Assembly: GCA_965237955.1 (NCBI GenBank)
Contig: OZ250169.1
Location: 224,001 to 288,000, forward strand
DNA: 64,000 nt
From: Candidatus Marinacidobacterales bacterium
Lineage (GTDB): Bacteria > Acidobacteriota > Vicinamibacteria > Marinacidobacterales > SMYC01
Direction: 5' to 3'
Within the stretch, counting starts at the first letter, position 1. Every line of letters begins with the position of its first letter. The notes below the pieces were generated by a model. The model saw nothing but the letters and a program-made list of their open reading frames with translations, was not told the DNA's origin and did no database searches. Shown piece after piece: positions 31,068 to 42,801 of the stretch. The translations under genes were made by a program, and so were the position numbers.

Positions 31068-32207
31068 GTGAGAGAGCTCGGCGTCATGAACATCGGCGTG
31101 ACCCGCTACGCGCTCCCGCTCGGCCCGACCGAGCTCAAGAAGATGGAGCACCTCGGTCGGCTGGCGAGCCTCCACGTCGTCGGATTCTCGCCGTCACTCC
31201 GATACCAGCGCGCATCCGAGCCGGTCGAGTTCTACTTGTTGCCGCTCGTCCCCATCGCCGCGCTCAGGCTCGTCTTACTTGTTGTCGCATCGACGGTGCT
31301 TGGGCTTCGTCTCGTCTACCGTGGGAAAGTGCAGCTCGTCTTGAGTCAAAGCCCCTACGAAGGTCTCGCCGGGATTTTCGTGCGGGGGGTCGCATGGGTG
31401 ATGCGTCGTCGTGTCGTCGTCGTCACCGAAGTCCACGGTGATTGGAGCGAATCGCCCTTTCTCTATCACCGTGTCCCGTTGAGTGCCGTTTTTCGTCCTA
31501 TACTCGCGGCGTGGGCGAGTTTCGTTCTGCGACGCAGTGATCGCATCCGTACTATTTCTAGATTTTTGGAGCGGCGGATCGCCGCAGTGGCGCCCGAAGT
31601 CCCGCTGCATCGCTTTCCCGGGTACACCGATTTCGAGCTCTTCGACGACGCGACCGAGCCGTCACGTTCCGACACCCGGGTGTTGTCGGTGGGTGCGCTC
31701 TACCCGGTGAAGGGCTTCGATACCCTGATCCGGGCGATGAAGCAGGTAACGTCCAAACGGCCGGAGGCGACGCTCCATCTCGCGGGCGACGGTCCGATGA
31801 AACGCGCGCTCCGTGAACATGCGGCGCATCTCGGGGTCGAAGCGTCTCTCAGGCTTCTCGGCTCGTTGTCACCGACCGATCTTCGAAAAGAGTATCGCAG
31901 TGCTCGACTGTTCGTGCTGCCTTCTTTGTCCGAAGGGTTGGGGCGTGTCGTGTGGGAGGCGATGGCGTGCGGGCTTCCCGTGGTTGCGTCCGATGTCGGC
32001 GGCATCCCCGAACTCGTCGAGAACGAGCAGACGGGCTTTCTCGTACCTCCTGGAGACGAGGACGCTGTCGCCGAGCGCATCCTGTGGCTGTTCGAGCATC
32101 CGAGAGAGGCCGAAGCGATGGGCGCCCGAGGCAAGCAATTGGCGAAAAATCTCTACTCCACCGAAAGCTACATCGAAGGCTACCGAGCGTTGTTCCAGGC
32201 GTCTTGA
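31068..32207 (+). CDS. GT4 glycosyltransferase
   Basis: VGALYPVKG, PSLSEGLGRVVWEAMACG, VGGIPE. Confidence 0.92.
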   Translation: MRELGVMNIGVTRYALPLGPTELKKMEHLGRLASLHVVGFSPSLRYQRASEPVEFYLLPLVPIAALRLVLLVVASTVLGLRLVYRGKVQLVLSQSPYEGLAGIFVRGVAWVMRRRVVVVTEVHGDWSESPFLYHRVPLSAVFRPILAAWASFVLRRSDRIRTISRFLERRIAAVAPEVPLHRFPGYTDFELFDDATEPSRSDTRVLSVGALYPVKGFDTLIRAMKQVTSKRPEATLHLAGDGPMKRALREHAAHLGVEASLRLLGSLSPTDLRKEYRSARLFVLPSLSEGLGRVVWEAMACGLPVVASDVGGIPELVENEQTGFLVPPGDEDAVAERILWLFEHPREAEAMGARGKQLAKNLYSTESYIEGYRALFQAS

Positions 32208-33342
32208 AGAAGTTGTGCCGTACGCGCGACCATCTTCTCCCACGTAAAATCTTCCACGCGTCGTTTGCCTCTTGCGCCGAGGCGTGCTCGCAGCGACGGA
32301 TCGGCGAGAAGCTTTCGGATGGCGGCTTCCGCCCCTCGTGGATCCGGCGACACCAGGAGTCCGCTGTCGGCGTCTCCGACGAGCTCGGGGTTACCCCCGC
32401 AGCGAGATGCGACGACGGGAAGCTCCGATTGCATCGCTTCCAACAACAGATGCGAAAAACCTTCATGGGTGGACACCAGCACGAACACGTCGCTGGCGCA
32501 GAGATGCATCGCGAGGTCGGTCGGCGCGCGCGCGCCCAAGAGCTGAACAGCGTCGTCGAGCTTGAGCTTTTGGACGCGCTCAAGGAGAGCTGTCTCGCAC
32601 GGTCCCGAGCCGGCGATCAGAAGGCGTGCGCGTGGATGATCTCGCAAGATCGCCGGCATTGAATCGATGATGTGCTCGTACCCTTTCCACGGCACCAGTC
32701 GGCCGGCGCTGATCAGAATCGGATCTCCGTCGAGCTCTAGCCGCGCGCGCGCGTCTTCTCGAGTCAGGCGCGTTTCCGGCTTGGGCCGGGCGCCGTTCTC
32801 GATGACGTGGACCCGCTCGCTAGGAACGCCCCAACCGATGACAAGATTCTTCAGATAGTGCGACGGGGTGATGACGGCGCCGGCGCGGCGGGCGACGAAA
32901 CGCTGGGCTTTCCGCATCGATTCCACTAGCGTTCCGTAGCGCTTCGTTTGGAAGTCGTCGACGTCGTCATCGACGATGCCGTCGGCGCGGCCGATCTCCC
33001 ACGCGAGGTCGCCGACGACTTTGAGTACGGTAGGCTTTCGCCGTGAGAGCGCTGCGAGCGTAGCCGGTAGGCCGACGCTAACCGGATCTTGAATGTAGGC
33101 GAGGTCGGCTCGTGCGAGCGCTTTCCGCACCGACACGAAATACGACCCGTAGCGTTGCGGCAAGCTTTGATTCCGGGAGACGCGGGCCACCGAAAACATG
33201 ACCTCGTCGGAAGACGCCTCTCCATAGGTGACCACCTCGACGCCAAAGCTCGTTTACAAAGCTCGGGAGCCAAACCTGCCACGTACGTGGCCGGCCCCCC
33301 GATATCCGGAGGAAAGATGCCCGTCGCGAGAAGGAGATTCAT
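32180..33342 (-). pseudogene. GT4 glycosyltransferase (paralog of 25695..26858) with a single-base frameshift near 33250
   Basis: MNLLLATGIFPPDIGGPATY in one frame; VVTYGE...GRLVPWKG...HEGFSHLLLEAM in another. Confidence 0.85.
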
Positions 33343-33345
33343 GGC

Positions 33346-34476
33346 TCAGAGTAGCTCCTCGTACACCGCAGCGATCCGATCGGCCACCTGGTCCCAACGG
33401 TAGCGCGCTTGCACGAGGCGAAGCCCTCCGACGCGCAGATTTTGAGAAAGAGCGTGGTCGGTGAACAAGCGCCCGATGGCGCCGGCTACGCTTTCAGGAT
33501 CGTTAGGCTTGCAGAAAAGCCCGGTCACTTCGGGATCGAGAAAGTCGGGGATACCTCCCACCGGTGTCGCTACGACAGGAACTCCCGACGCCATCGCTTC
33601 GAGAAAAGCACTGCCGAGCCCTTCGCTACGCGATGGCCGCACGAACGCGTGGGCCAGCCGGAGATAGTCGGCCGTCTCCTCGTGAGGCACCTCACCTACG
33701 AGTACGACGGCGTCGCTCACACCGAGCTCGTCCGCTTTGCATTCGAGATGCCGCTTTTCCAGGCCGGTGCCGACGAGCACGAGCGCGACGTCGGGATGCT
33801 CTCGTCGCAGCCGGGGCATCGCCTCCACGAGAGTGTCCAACCCGTTTTTGGGAACGAGACGCGACACTGAGACGACGACGCGCTTTCCATCGAGACCCAA
33901 CCGGGTCCGAAGCTTTGCGCTCGCGTCACTTTCGCCGGGGCGGAAGACTTCGGTATCGACACCGTTCGGGATCACCCGGATGGTCTCGGTGTCGGCGCCA
34001 TAGGTGATCGCTTGTTGTTCGAGAAAACGGCTGATCGCGTGGATCCGATCGAACGGACGGTGCAACCGCGGATAGACCGGGAACAGCAGCCGCAAGTACT
34101 CTCGGGCGTAGTCTTCGGTGTCGCCTTCTTGGAGGGTCAGAAGCGTGGGCACGCGTTTCATCTTCGAGAACAAATACGCTGCCACCGCTGACGCGTTCAC
34201 CATGATCGCGTGAACGAGATCGACGTGCTCGGACGCGAGCGCCCATTTGAGAGCGAACAGTGGATACATGAATTTGTCGGAGCGATTGCCGAGGCCGACA
34301 CGCACGACGCTCACGCGCTCGCTCTCGTCGATTGCCGCCAACTTGCGGTCGGCTCGCGCAGTTACGATCACAAAGCGGAAGCGGTAGCCGAGCCGGTCGG
34401 TAATCGCTTTGACGAAGAGCTCGGCGCCGCCGATGAACGGAAGGTAGAACCAGCTGAAGATGACGATCGTCTTCAT
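33346..34476 (-). CDS. GT4 glycosyltransferase
   Basis: YLPFIGGAE, SRLVPKNG, RPSRSEGLGSAFLEAMA. Confidence 0.93.
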   Translation of the reverse strand: MKTIVIFSWFYLPFIGGAELFVKAITDRLGYRFRFVIVTARADRKLAAIDESERVSVVRVGLGNRSDKFMYPLFALKWALASEHVDLVHAIMVNASAVAAYLFSKMKRVPTLLTLQEGDTEDYAREYLRLLFPVYPRLHRPFDRIHAISRFLEQQAITYGADTETIRVIPNGVDTEVFRPGESDASAKLRTRLGLDGKRVVVSVSRLVPKNGLDTLVEAMPRLRREHPDVALVLVGTGLEKRHLECKADELGVSDAVVLVGEVPHEETADYLRLAHAFVRPSRSEGLGSAFLEAMASGVPVVATPVGGIPDFLDPEVTGLFCKPNDPESVAGAIGRLFTDHALSQNLRVGGLRLVQARYRWDQVADRIAAVYEELL

Positions 34477-35609
34477 GGTTCGGTCGACGTGGTCTCGAGG
34501 ATCGTCACGAGCTCTTTGGCGAGCTCGTCCATGCGGTAGTGATCGTGGATAACTTGCCGGGCTCGCTCGCCCAGGCTCCGCCTGAGCTCACCGTCGTTCA
34601 CAAGCTTTTCGAGCGCTTCCTCGAGTGCTTTGGGATCCCCCGGCGGCACGAGCAACCCCGCCTCGCCGGGCGATTCGCTGAAAAGATAGGGGATACCGCC
34701 GACCTCTGTGGCCACGCACGCGCACCCGGACGCCATCGCTTCCATGAGTCCGCTCGGAAGTCCTTCGGACAACGAAGCGAGGACGAAGACGTCGACCTTC
34801 ACTAGGATACCGGGAACGTCGTCACGGTGCCCGAGAAAACGGATGCGAGGACTCTGGTAGCGCTCGACGACATCGTCCTTACCGGTGACGTCGCCCACGA
34901 AAATAAAATGCACGTTCGCGTGGCGCGCGGTTAAAGTTGCGGCCGCGCCGAGGATGAAGTCATACGCTTTGACCGACTCCAGCCGGCCCACGTACGCGAC
35001 CCAGATCGCGCCGTCCTCTTTCTCCAGGTCCGCAGGCGGCCTCGGACTCTCGTAGCGATGCATCTCGACGCCGTACGGGTGCACGACAAAACGAAGGCCC
35101 ATCCGCTCCGCCGTCGGCACCAACCCTCGGTGCAACAGAACGACGTGATCGGCGAGGCGAAGCACCAAGAACCCAACGGTGCGCGCGTACACCCATAGCA
35201 CCGCGTTGACGAGTCGTGAACGACTGAACCAGTCGATGCCGGGAAACGTGTCGGTGACGACAACGACGCGCTTGCCCATCGCTTTCAGCAAAACCACCGC
35301 GAGCGACGCGTGGTACATGTGGGTGAACACGAGAAAATGCGTCGGTGCCTCCTGTAGAACGACTTTCCACAGACGCGCCGACAAGAACGGGATGATCCCG
35401 AAGTTGGCAGGGTCGGGGATGAACAAGTCGCTGTAGCGGTAGATTTTCAGATGAGAGCCCACCTTTTCGAGGAACGGCTGGCCTTCGGAGCGCGCCGTGA
35501 ACACGATGACGTTGACGCCGATACGGGCCAAGCTGTGCGCGGTCTTGTAAGCGCTGATGTTCCACCGGTGGGGCTCGAAGAAGTAGGGTGTAACGAGCAA
35601 GATTTTCAT
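34473..35609 (-). CDS. GT4 glycosyltransferase
   Basis: MKILLVTPYF, VGRLESVK, SLSEGLPSGLMEAMA; stop overlaps the next start (ATGA). Confidence 0.92.
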   Translation of the reverse strand: MKILLVTPYFFEPHRWNISAYKTAHSLARIGVNVIVFTARSEGQPFLEKVGSHLKIYRYSDLFIPDPANFGIIPFLSARLWKVVLQEAPTHFLVFTHMYHASLAVVLLKAMGKRVVVVTDTFPGIDWFSRSRLVNAVLWVYARTVGFLVLRLADHVVLLHRGLVPTAERMGLRFVVHPYGVEMHRYESPRPPADLEKEDGAIWVAYVGRLESVKAYDFILGAAATLTARHANVHFIFVGDVTGKDDVVERYQSPRIRFLGHRDDVPGILVKVDVFVLASLSEGLPSGLMEAMASGCACVATEVGGIPYLFSESPGEAGLLVPPGDPKALEEALEKLVNDGELRRSLGERARQVIHDHYRMDELAKELVTILETTSTEP

Positions 35610-35663
35610 CGAAGGGGAAGCGTTGGGCACTAGCGCGAGCGGCGCCAATTGAAGCCCGCATCA

Positions 35664-36455
35664 TTAATTAGAGACTTGTCGCGTCGCCTTGGGGTGGTAC
35701 TCCCAATTCGGGATGGCGCAACTGATGTAGGTCGAGCCGTCGACGAGGCTCGCCAGCGGAGGGACCCTGTTGAAGAGGCTGAAGGGGCCGGGAAACGACG
35801 GCGTGACCTCGATGGTCTCGAATCCGGCTCGCTCACACGTGAACGCGACCGTCGACGGTGTGAACGCATTGATGTGGTCGCTCGCCAAATAGCCGACGAA
35901 GTATCTTCCGATCCACGGAAGCCGGTGGAGAGCGAGACCGCCGACGGACGAGATCGCCGGCACGAACAGAACCAAGAGTCCGCTCGGCTCGAGAAGCTGG
36001 TGGACTTTGCGCAGGAACTGATGAGGCGATTCGACGTGCTCGAGCACCGCTCCACACCACACCAAACCGCTTCGACTTTGGGGAGGTCGAACACGTCGTT
36101 TCTGACGAAGTCGCGCTCGAACACGGTGAGCCCCAGCCTCTGCGGGAAGTCGGACTCTCGGTCGTCGAACTCCACCCTGTAGGCATCCTCGTGGCAGTGC
36201 ACCAAGTTCATCCCGTAGCTACACCCAAGATCGCAAAGCCGGAGCCCGGTGAGACCGTATTTGCGGTCGGCCTCTTTGAAAAACGTGTCGGGGGGCGGTT
36301 TTGAACCATTTCTCGAAGATGCGCTCGTTCCCCGCGGAATCGAAGCTCCCATGGTGGTCGATGACGAAGCGCCGAAGCGCGTTCTCGCCTAGAGCAGCTT
36401 GGGACCGCGCGGTCTCGGTGCTAGCGGGCGGCGTGGATACTCGGGTCGAAGTCAT
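35664..36455 (-). pseudogene. SAM methyltransferase in three frameshifted pieces
   Basis: LCDLGCSYG, WCGAVLEHVESP, DHINAFT; shifts near the G6 run (36290) and a CCACA duplication (about 36055). Confidence 0.8.
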
Positions 36456-36539
36456 AGCATGAACACGCTTTGCTCTTCGAGGTTGCTTGTAACGTCACGG
36501 ATTGTAGCATACTCTTTTTGATCGCGTTCAGCCCCAAAT

Positions 36540-36755
36540 TGGCCGCCATGTACTCGAAGAGCTTCATCGGCGACATCGGCTCAGCCTAGTCAGCGGCATC
36601 GGGAAACGGCATCGCCGCAACGTCGAAGGCTCGGATCCAAAGAGGTACTTGCTCGTAGGGGACACGGTCGAAGAACAGCAGACGTTCGTCCGCCACACCG
36701 TGTTCTCGCGCGACGCCGCGATAACTGTCGATGGCGCTCATCGGCCCCCCGTCAA
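36540..36755 (-). pseudogene. Degenerate GT4 fragment related to 50248..51447
   Basis: VPYEQVPLWIRAFDVAAMPFPDAAD*AEPMSPMKLFEYMA compared with VPHREVPCWIRAFDVAAMPFPDAAHYSESMSPLKLFEYMA. Confidence 0.8.
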
Positions 36756-36908
36756 CGAGCTCTTGACCAACGGTTGCGATCCCGGCACGGTGGGACAGTA
36801 CCCGGACATGTACCTGCTGTGGGATCTAACGATCGCGATCCACTTGGAGTTCGACCGCGGCTTCCCCGAGATCCGTGACTGCTTTGATCCAGTGTTCGAA
36901 GAGGGCCA

Positions 36909-37430
36909 CTACGCCGTCTTTCGAATCAACCCACCGCAGTGACCTTTCTTGCCCGGATCGCCGCCAAGAACGACAACCCCGGAAAAGGCAATACCGCATC
37001 GAGCACGCCGACGAGCCAACCCCCACGACTGAGGATGGCGGTTCACCAACCGAAACGCGAGCGGAAGCGTCTGGAAAATGCCGCGCCGGGACTCGATGCG
37101 GAAGCCTGCCGCATGAAGAAGCTCTTCGTACTCCGCACGCGGCCGATCGCCGGGATGCCGGTGAACGGCGGATGTCCGCATCAGCTTGCCGGTGAACAAC
37201 AGCTTTAACCGGCTGTGCAAGTGCGCGAGGTTGGGCACGCTCATCAGCAGTACCCCGTCGTCCGTCAGCACACGGGCAACCTCCGAGAGGGCCTTCAGCT
37301 GATCGAGAAGCTCGACGTGCGCGAGTACATCAAGCAACAGCACGACATCGAAACGTCCGTCGTCGAACGGCAGCGCCCGAAGATAGGCTTTCTTCACCGC
37401 TTCCGACTCGTACGCCGTGTCGACGAGGGC
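36909..37430 (-). pseudogene. SAM methyltransferase (type 11) lacking its N-terminus
   Basis: ALPFDDGRFDVVLLLDVLAH...GVLLMSVPNLAHL; no motif I. Confidence 0.72.
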
Positions 37431-37732
37431 TATGTGGGGTGGAGCGACCTGCCACACGTGTGGTGCTATCCGTGGGTGTTGCGGCACGAGGTGGAAGCGG
37501 CCGACTACGAGATCCTTCGATTCAAGGCTCCCAGTATCCCCCGTGCCCTATCTCGCGTCGGTGCTGCCCGGCGCCCTTTGGATGCGGTCGCAGATGGACC
37601 GTCTGAGAGAGGCGTGCTTTTTTCGCTCTTTGGGTTACGGTAGCATCGTCGTCGCTCGCAAGCATCCATCGGAGAGTCCATGATGCGATGGCCTCTCGAA
37701 TGCGGCTCCGCCGATAGGCTCGAACGGTAACG

Positions 37733-38351
37733 ATGAGCCCGCTCCTGCTGCTCATCTGGGGAGTGGCCTTGCTTTTCGTACCGGGCTATCTCATCGCTTT
37801 TTGTTTCGCCAAACCTGGAGAAACCCGTGGTCGCGGCGAGATTGTGGCCTTCGCCATCGCGTGGGGCGCGGGTTGGCTGACGCTGCTCGGCATCGTCCTG
37901 CGCGCGTTGAATCTTCTATCGGCGGGCTGGCTCGTGGGCGTTACGATCGTCTTCGTCGCCCTCACGGCCTATTGTCTTCGGCGACGCGCACCACGCGCGC
38001 TTCGACCCGCAGGGACGCTTTTTTTGGCTCTTCCTGATTGCCGTCCTCGCTTATGAGGCATCCATGCTGTGGGAAGTGAGGGACAACACCTTCGGTACGG
38101 ACAGCTATTACTGGGCCGGGGCGGCGACGCGGCTAGCGAGCGAGACACCTGTTGGCGTTGACGCCGCCTATCCCATCTTTCGATCGAACCCCACGGGCTA
38201 CGCCTATCTCCTCGCCACGGCCGCCGCCATCGTCCCGGATCTGTACGAGGGGGAAAACGTCATGGTCGTGGCGCTTTTTGGCAGCCGTCTCTCGAGAACC
38301 CTCGCCGCCGGCTCGGCCGCTCTTTTTACTTTGCTGGTTTTGATCGGGTAG
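37733..38351 (+). pseudogene. Membrane protein, frameshifted N-terminal remnant (GT-C-like)
   Basis: LLFVPGYL TM segments, then FGTDSYYW...PTGY in a second frame. Confidence 0.5.
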
Positions 38352-38450
38352 TTACCTCAGGACTGGTACAAAAGCTCCTACGCTACTTGCCGGCTCATCG
38401 CTACTACACGTTCTATCCTCTGTCGGCGATCGTCTAGCTCGCGGCGATGG

Positions 38451-38739
38451 CCGAGCACGAGGCGTTCCCGCACGTCCTACTGGAAGCAGCCATGGCGGAA
38501 GGCCTCGTCCCCCGGTGCGAATTCCGTCGGTGGCGTGCCGGAGATCGTCGATGACGGCGTCCACAGCCTCCTAGCACCGGTCGACGAGCCGGGACGTTTT
38601 CAGAAAAAGCCGTGTCGGATCTCCTGTCGGTTCGAAACGCCGTCAGCAGCTGTCGAGCCGTGCCAGAGAACGCGTGCGCGATTTCGACTGTGACGAGACG
38701 TTGAGAAGAACGATCGAGGTGCTCGAAGAGACCTTCTGA
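38451..38739 (+). pseudogene. Degenerate copy of the 3' end of GT4 25695..26858
   Basis: Nucleotide similarity to 26572..26858 (CCGAGCACGAGGC...GATCGAGGTGCTCGAAGAG) with several indels. Confidence 0.85.
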
Positions 38740-39005
38740 TGACAGGCCGCTGATGAGCGCGTCCGCCGCGTGCCGAGCGGCAGCCATCGCATCTGCTGAG
38801 AGACCGGCCCAATCGTCCCGTTGGGGCTACTCGAAAGAATGAGATGTCGGCGGGCCGCTTCGAATGGCTGCTAACGCCGAAAATGGGGGACAGCACACCG
38901 AGCGAAGCCCTCAGCCGCCGAGCAGCGAGGAGCCGAGTTGAGATGATAAATGCCCGAAGCGCCGCACGTGAACGAGGAGTGGGCGCGCGATGATGCACTA
39001 GAAGC

Positions 39006-40688
39006 TTATTCGATCAGATAGATCGTCACCAGGCGGTTCTCGAACACCCGCTCGTAGCGTTGTTCCAATTCGAGCGTCTGGCGCGTGAGCCCGATGGCCG
39101 CCTCTAACTCATGGCTGTACACCACGTGTGTGACACGAAACGGCAGGCCGTCCTGACCATCGGGGGAGGAGAGCAGAGCGTCCAGATACTCTCGACCCTT
39201 CCGATAGGGCACGAGAACTTGACGGCCCGTCAGCGCCGGGACCCAAAACGCGGCGATGCCGTCCGCAACGAGCACGTCCGTACCTTTGGTCGCCTTGAGC
39301 ACCCAGTCTCGAAGCTCGACAACCGGGTCCGGCAACGGCTCTCGGGCAACGCGGAAATGCCCGTCCATGATCTCCGGATTGCGCCAGTACGGAGCGACGA
39401 GGGGCGTGACGACGAGGATCACCACGAGCGTCGACGCCGCGACCGACACGCTGGGCCGCGGCATCCGGGATGCGATGAGTTCGAGTAGCCGCCAGGCTCC
39501 CACTCCCGCCGCAACGGAGAGCACGAAGTCGAGAAAATAGTAGAACTCGTCTGCCTCTCGCGCCTGTGCGGTGAGATAGCCGACGTAGTTGACGCCCCAG
39601 AGCAGGTAGACCGAGAGGAGAAGTGCCAGCCACAACAGATCCCGCTTCAGACCCCCCCGCCACCAGACCGACGCCCCGACGATCGCCAGAAAGAAGAGGA
39701 GCGCACGGTCGAACGTGACCAGCAGCAGGAGTGAGCTTCCCACCGGGCGCATGTCACCCCAGGCGCTTCGGGAGGGCACCTCGGGATCGACCACCGTGGA
39801 GTCGATGCGGATGGCATGGGGGTGCTGTCGATAGATGATGGAAATGTAAGGGGCAACCGCGATGGCGCTCAATATCCAGAGAATCAGCACGCTCCGGAGC
39901 TCGCCGCCAGAGCTCTTCCTCTGTTGGAGAAAATGCAAAACGAGGTAGATGCCGAGCCCAAAGCAGAAAAACGCCCAGTGAACGATAAACGCCCAGCCGA
40001 GGAGTGACAGGAGAACCGCTGCCTTTGCGAGCCACAGCTTCCGCCGGCTGGCGATGCCCCCGATGAGCAGCGGAATGAAAACGAACCCGAGAGTGTGGTT
40101 CGGCTTCAGAAAGAAGTTCTTGGCGTAGAAGTCGCGAAAGGGAGCCAAGTAGTCGAGTGGCCCGCTCGACACCAGGAGAGCGAAGGCCACCACGACCAAG
40201 GCTCTGAGCTCGCTTCCGCTTTCTTCATCCTCCCGGCGTCGGAAGTGCAGAAAGAGCACCAATCCGAGCATCAGGGGAATGACGAGCGACACGAGGGCAT
40301 AGACCACCGGTGCAAACTCGGGGTGTCCGAAGCAGAGGCCTCCCGCCACCAGTGCCCACAAGGGCTCAAGGGTCACGTCTCCGACCCAGCCGGTGCTCAT
40401 GGGGGAATTACCGGCGGCCACGGAGGCGACCCAGCTGAGATTGCGCAGTCGATCGCCCGGCGCTTGGAGACCGTAGATCCGGGCCAGCGGATAGAACGTC
40501 GTGAGCCAGCCCACGACGACGAGCACCGCGATTCCCATCGCCAATATCGTCCAGCGCTTTTGACGGAAGAAGAGCAGAAAAGAGATCGTCACGACCCCGA
40601 TGGTCACCAGACGCATCGCCGCGACGAAGTTCGCCAGGTCGAGTTCGCTGATGTCGAAGCCGAAGAGATTCAAATCAGTTGCCCTCAA
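39006..40688 (-). CDS. Polytopic membrane protein, putative AftA-like GT-C
   Basis: PLARIYGLQAPGDRLRN...EPLWAL first loop with an acidic residue; LKPNH; C-terminal PYWRNPEIMDGHF...WVPALTGRQVL. Confidence 0.72.
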   Translation of the reverse strand: MRATDLNLFGFDISELDLANFVAAMRLVTIGVVTISFLLFFRQKRWTILAMGIAVLVVVGWLTTFYPLARIYGLQAPGDRLRNLSWVASVAAGNSPMSTGWVGDVTLEPLWALVAGGLCFGHPEFAPVVYALVSLVIPLMLGLVLFLHFRRREDEESGSELRALVVVAFALLVSSGPLDYLAPFRDFYAKNFFLKPNHTLGFVFIPLLIGGIASRRKLWLAKAAVLLSLLGWAFIVHWAFFCFGLGIYLVLHFLQQRKSSGGELRSVLILWILSAIAVAPYISIIYRQHPHAIRIDSTVVDPEVPSRSAWGDMRPVGSSLLLLVTFDRALLFFLAIVGASVWWRGGLKRDLLWLALLLSVYLLWGVNYVGYLTAQAREADEFYYFLDFVLSVAAGVGAWRLLELIASRMPRPSVSVAASTLVVILVVTPLVAPYWRNPEIMDGHFRVAREPLPDPVVELRDWVLKATKGTDVLVADGIAAFWVPALTGRQVLVPYRKGREYLDALLSSPDGQDGLPFRVTHVVYSHELEAAIGLTRQTLELEQRYERVFENRLVTIYLIE

Positions 40689-41341
40689 GGGCGAGATGAA
40701 AGAGGCTCCGATAGCCCTCGATATAGCGCTCCGTCAAATAGACGCCTTGCATCTCTCGCCGGCCCGAGGCTCCCATCGGTATTGTCAAGTTGACGTTGAG
40801 CGAGCGAACCTATCGCGTCGAGCTGACTTCCTTTGCTCTCGTCATGCGGCACACGTTACCTCCTGCCAGACGATGAAAGGGCGGTCTCGTAGCTCCCGAT
40901 GATGACGCGCTTGCAACAAATGCCGTCCGACGCGAAAGAGATTTTGCACGAGTCCATGCACGGTCAAGAATCGTTGCGCCTGCCCAGGAGCTTTAAACTT
41001 TCGCATCTGTCGTTCCCGTTGTCGCGTCGGCTCGTGCGAGACTTCGGCTAGGTTGTTTCTGTACTGGTCAGTGTCGTGGACGACGGACGGCATGACCTCG
41101 CGGTGAGCGGCGCTGTAGCTTCTCAGTTTGTCGGTGACCAGCTGCCAGGGCGGACGGCCTTGCCCCTTCAACAGCTTGCGGAAGAATCGTTTGGCGGCTT
41201 TCCGATCACGGCGAGGCTGGACGAGGATATCGATTACATCACCATCTTGGTCTACCGCGCGCCAGAGGTATTGGCGTTCACCTTGTATCTTTATGAAGAC
41301 CTCGTCTAGGTGCCACGTGTCACCGAGACGACCCTGACGAC

Positions 41342-42801
41342 GGGGATGTCCCGGCCGCTGTTGAATTTGGTCGGGTAGCGGCGGCACCTGTGAATACTCT
41401 TAGGCAGCAAACTCATCGCTGTCAAGAGGTTTCTGTTTGCTTCTAAGCGCGTGAACGAGAGCGCCCATATGGCGATAGCCTTTGATACGCCGGAACTCTT
41501 TCTGCGCGGTGACGACGCCAAGAGCGGTCCATCGGCGAACCATGGAAGGACTCTTCCAACGCTTGACGTTTCTCGATACTCTGCGAATGGTTCCGTTGAG
41601 ATTCTCAATGGCGTTCGTCGTGGCAAGAGACTGGCGAAGTAAGGCGGGCAGCGCGAGCTTCACGACCGTGAGTGTCTCTTCCATCCCTTCACGAAGGCTT
41701 CCGGCAGCTTCGTCGTAGCCGTTTCGCTCGAGCCACGACACCAATGCCTGAAGTCGCTTGCGCGCCTTGTCGGCACTCTTGCACTTGTAGGCTTCCTTCA
41801 TCGTCTGGAGCACGTAGGCGTGACGAGACTTGGGAAGGTACGAGCGAAGATTTCGGAGTTTATGGATCTGGCACCTTTGGATGACCGCGAGGTCCCCCAA
41901 AACGTCGACGAGTGCCTTGCGGATGCCTTTGCCTCCGTCCACTACGCAGAGAATCGACGCATCGACGCGCAAGCCTCGCTCGAGAAGGTCCTGCAACATC
42001 GCGGTGCACACCCGAGAGTTCTCCGTCGAGCCCAGCCATATACCCAGGGGCACCTTCGTTCCATCTATTGTGATACCGAGAGTTACGACGACGGTCTGTC
42101 CGGCCACCTCAAGGCCATCCAGCATCAGTGCCGCAAGCTCGAACCCCTCTAGCCGCCGAGACAGGTATTCCTCGAGCTTCTTAGTCGTCTGGCTCACGAG
42201 GTGACGGCTGGCGGCACTCTTACTTGTGCCACGAGACTTCAACTTGGCCGCGGGTTTGTCCAGACTCGATTCGTAATTTCGGGTCGATACCCCCACCAAG
42301 ATCTGATTCAACACTCGCTCTGGAAGCGGGTCTTCTTCGCGGAAGGCTTCGAAGTGTGGAAGCGACGCCTCCTCGCCCGACTTCGAGCGAACTCGAGGTC
42401 GCGACACTTGGATGCGACGACCACCGAAGCTCAGCTCTCCGTTCGTGCTCCCCCAGTGGTTATGAGTTCGCTCCTTCTCGTGCTTGCCCTTGAGCCCCGC
42501 GATCTCCTCGGCGTCCTCTCTGAGCAGTAGGTGCAGAGCTGTCAGTCCTTGCTCGTACACCCATTCCGTCAGACCCGCCTTCGTGGCCGCGATCCCAGCT
42601 ATCATCGGTAGCAGTATCTGACCGACTTGGCCAACTACCTTGCCCGTAGGCGAGTGCGTTTGCTTTCTTACTGGCTTCTTTGATTTCCTAGGCACTGGTG
42701 GCTCCTTGTCCCCCTCTGGAGACGGTTTATTGGCAGACCTATTCTTAGGCCGGCCAAGGAGCCGCCGCTACCCCAAATTCAACATCCGGCGGGACATCCC
42801 C
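41342..42801 (-). mobile_element. IS256-family element with 8-bp TSD CTGACGAC
   Basis: Imperfect IRs of about 40 bp starting GGGGATGTCCCG; duplicated target on both flanks. Confidence 0.95.
41400..42695 (-). CDS. IS256-family (Mutator-like) transposase
   Basis: GVSTRNY, LMLDG, VVDGGKG, QRCQIHK, TTNAIE. Confidence 0.94.
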   Translation of the reverse strand: MPRKSKKPVRKQTHSPTGKVVGQVGQILLPMIAGIAATKAGLTEWVYEQGLTALHLLLREDAEEIAGLKGKHEKERTHNHWGSTNGELSFGGRRIQVSRPRVRSKSGEEASLPHFEAFREEDPLPERVLNQILVGVSTRNYESSLDKPAAKLKSRGTSKSAASRHLVSQTTKKLEEYLSRRLEGFELAALMLDGLEVAGQTVVVTLGITIDGTKVPLGIWLGSTENSRVCTAMLQDLLERGLRVDASILCVVDGGKGIRKALVDVLGDLAVIQRCQIHKLRNLRSYLPKSRHAYVLQTMKEAYKCKSADKARKRLQALVSWLERNGYDEAAGSLREGMEETLTVVKLALPALLRQSLATTNAIENLNGTIRRVSRNVKRWKSPSMVRRWTALGVVTAQKEFRRIKGYRHMGALVHALRSKQKPLDSDEFAA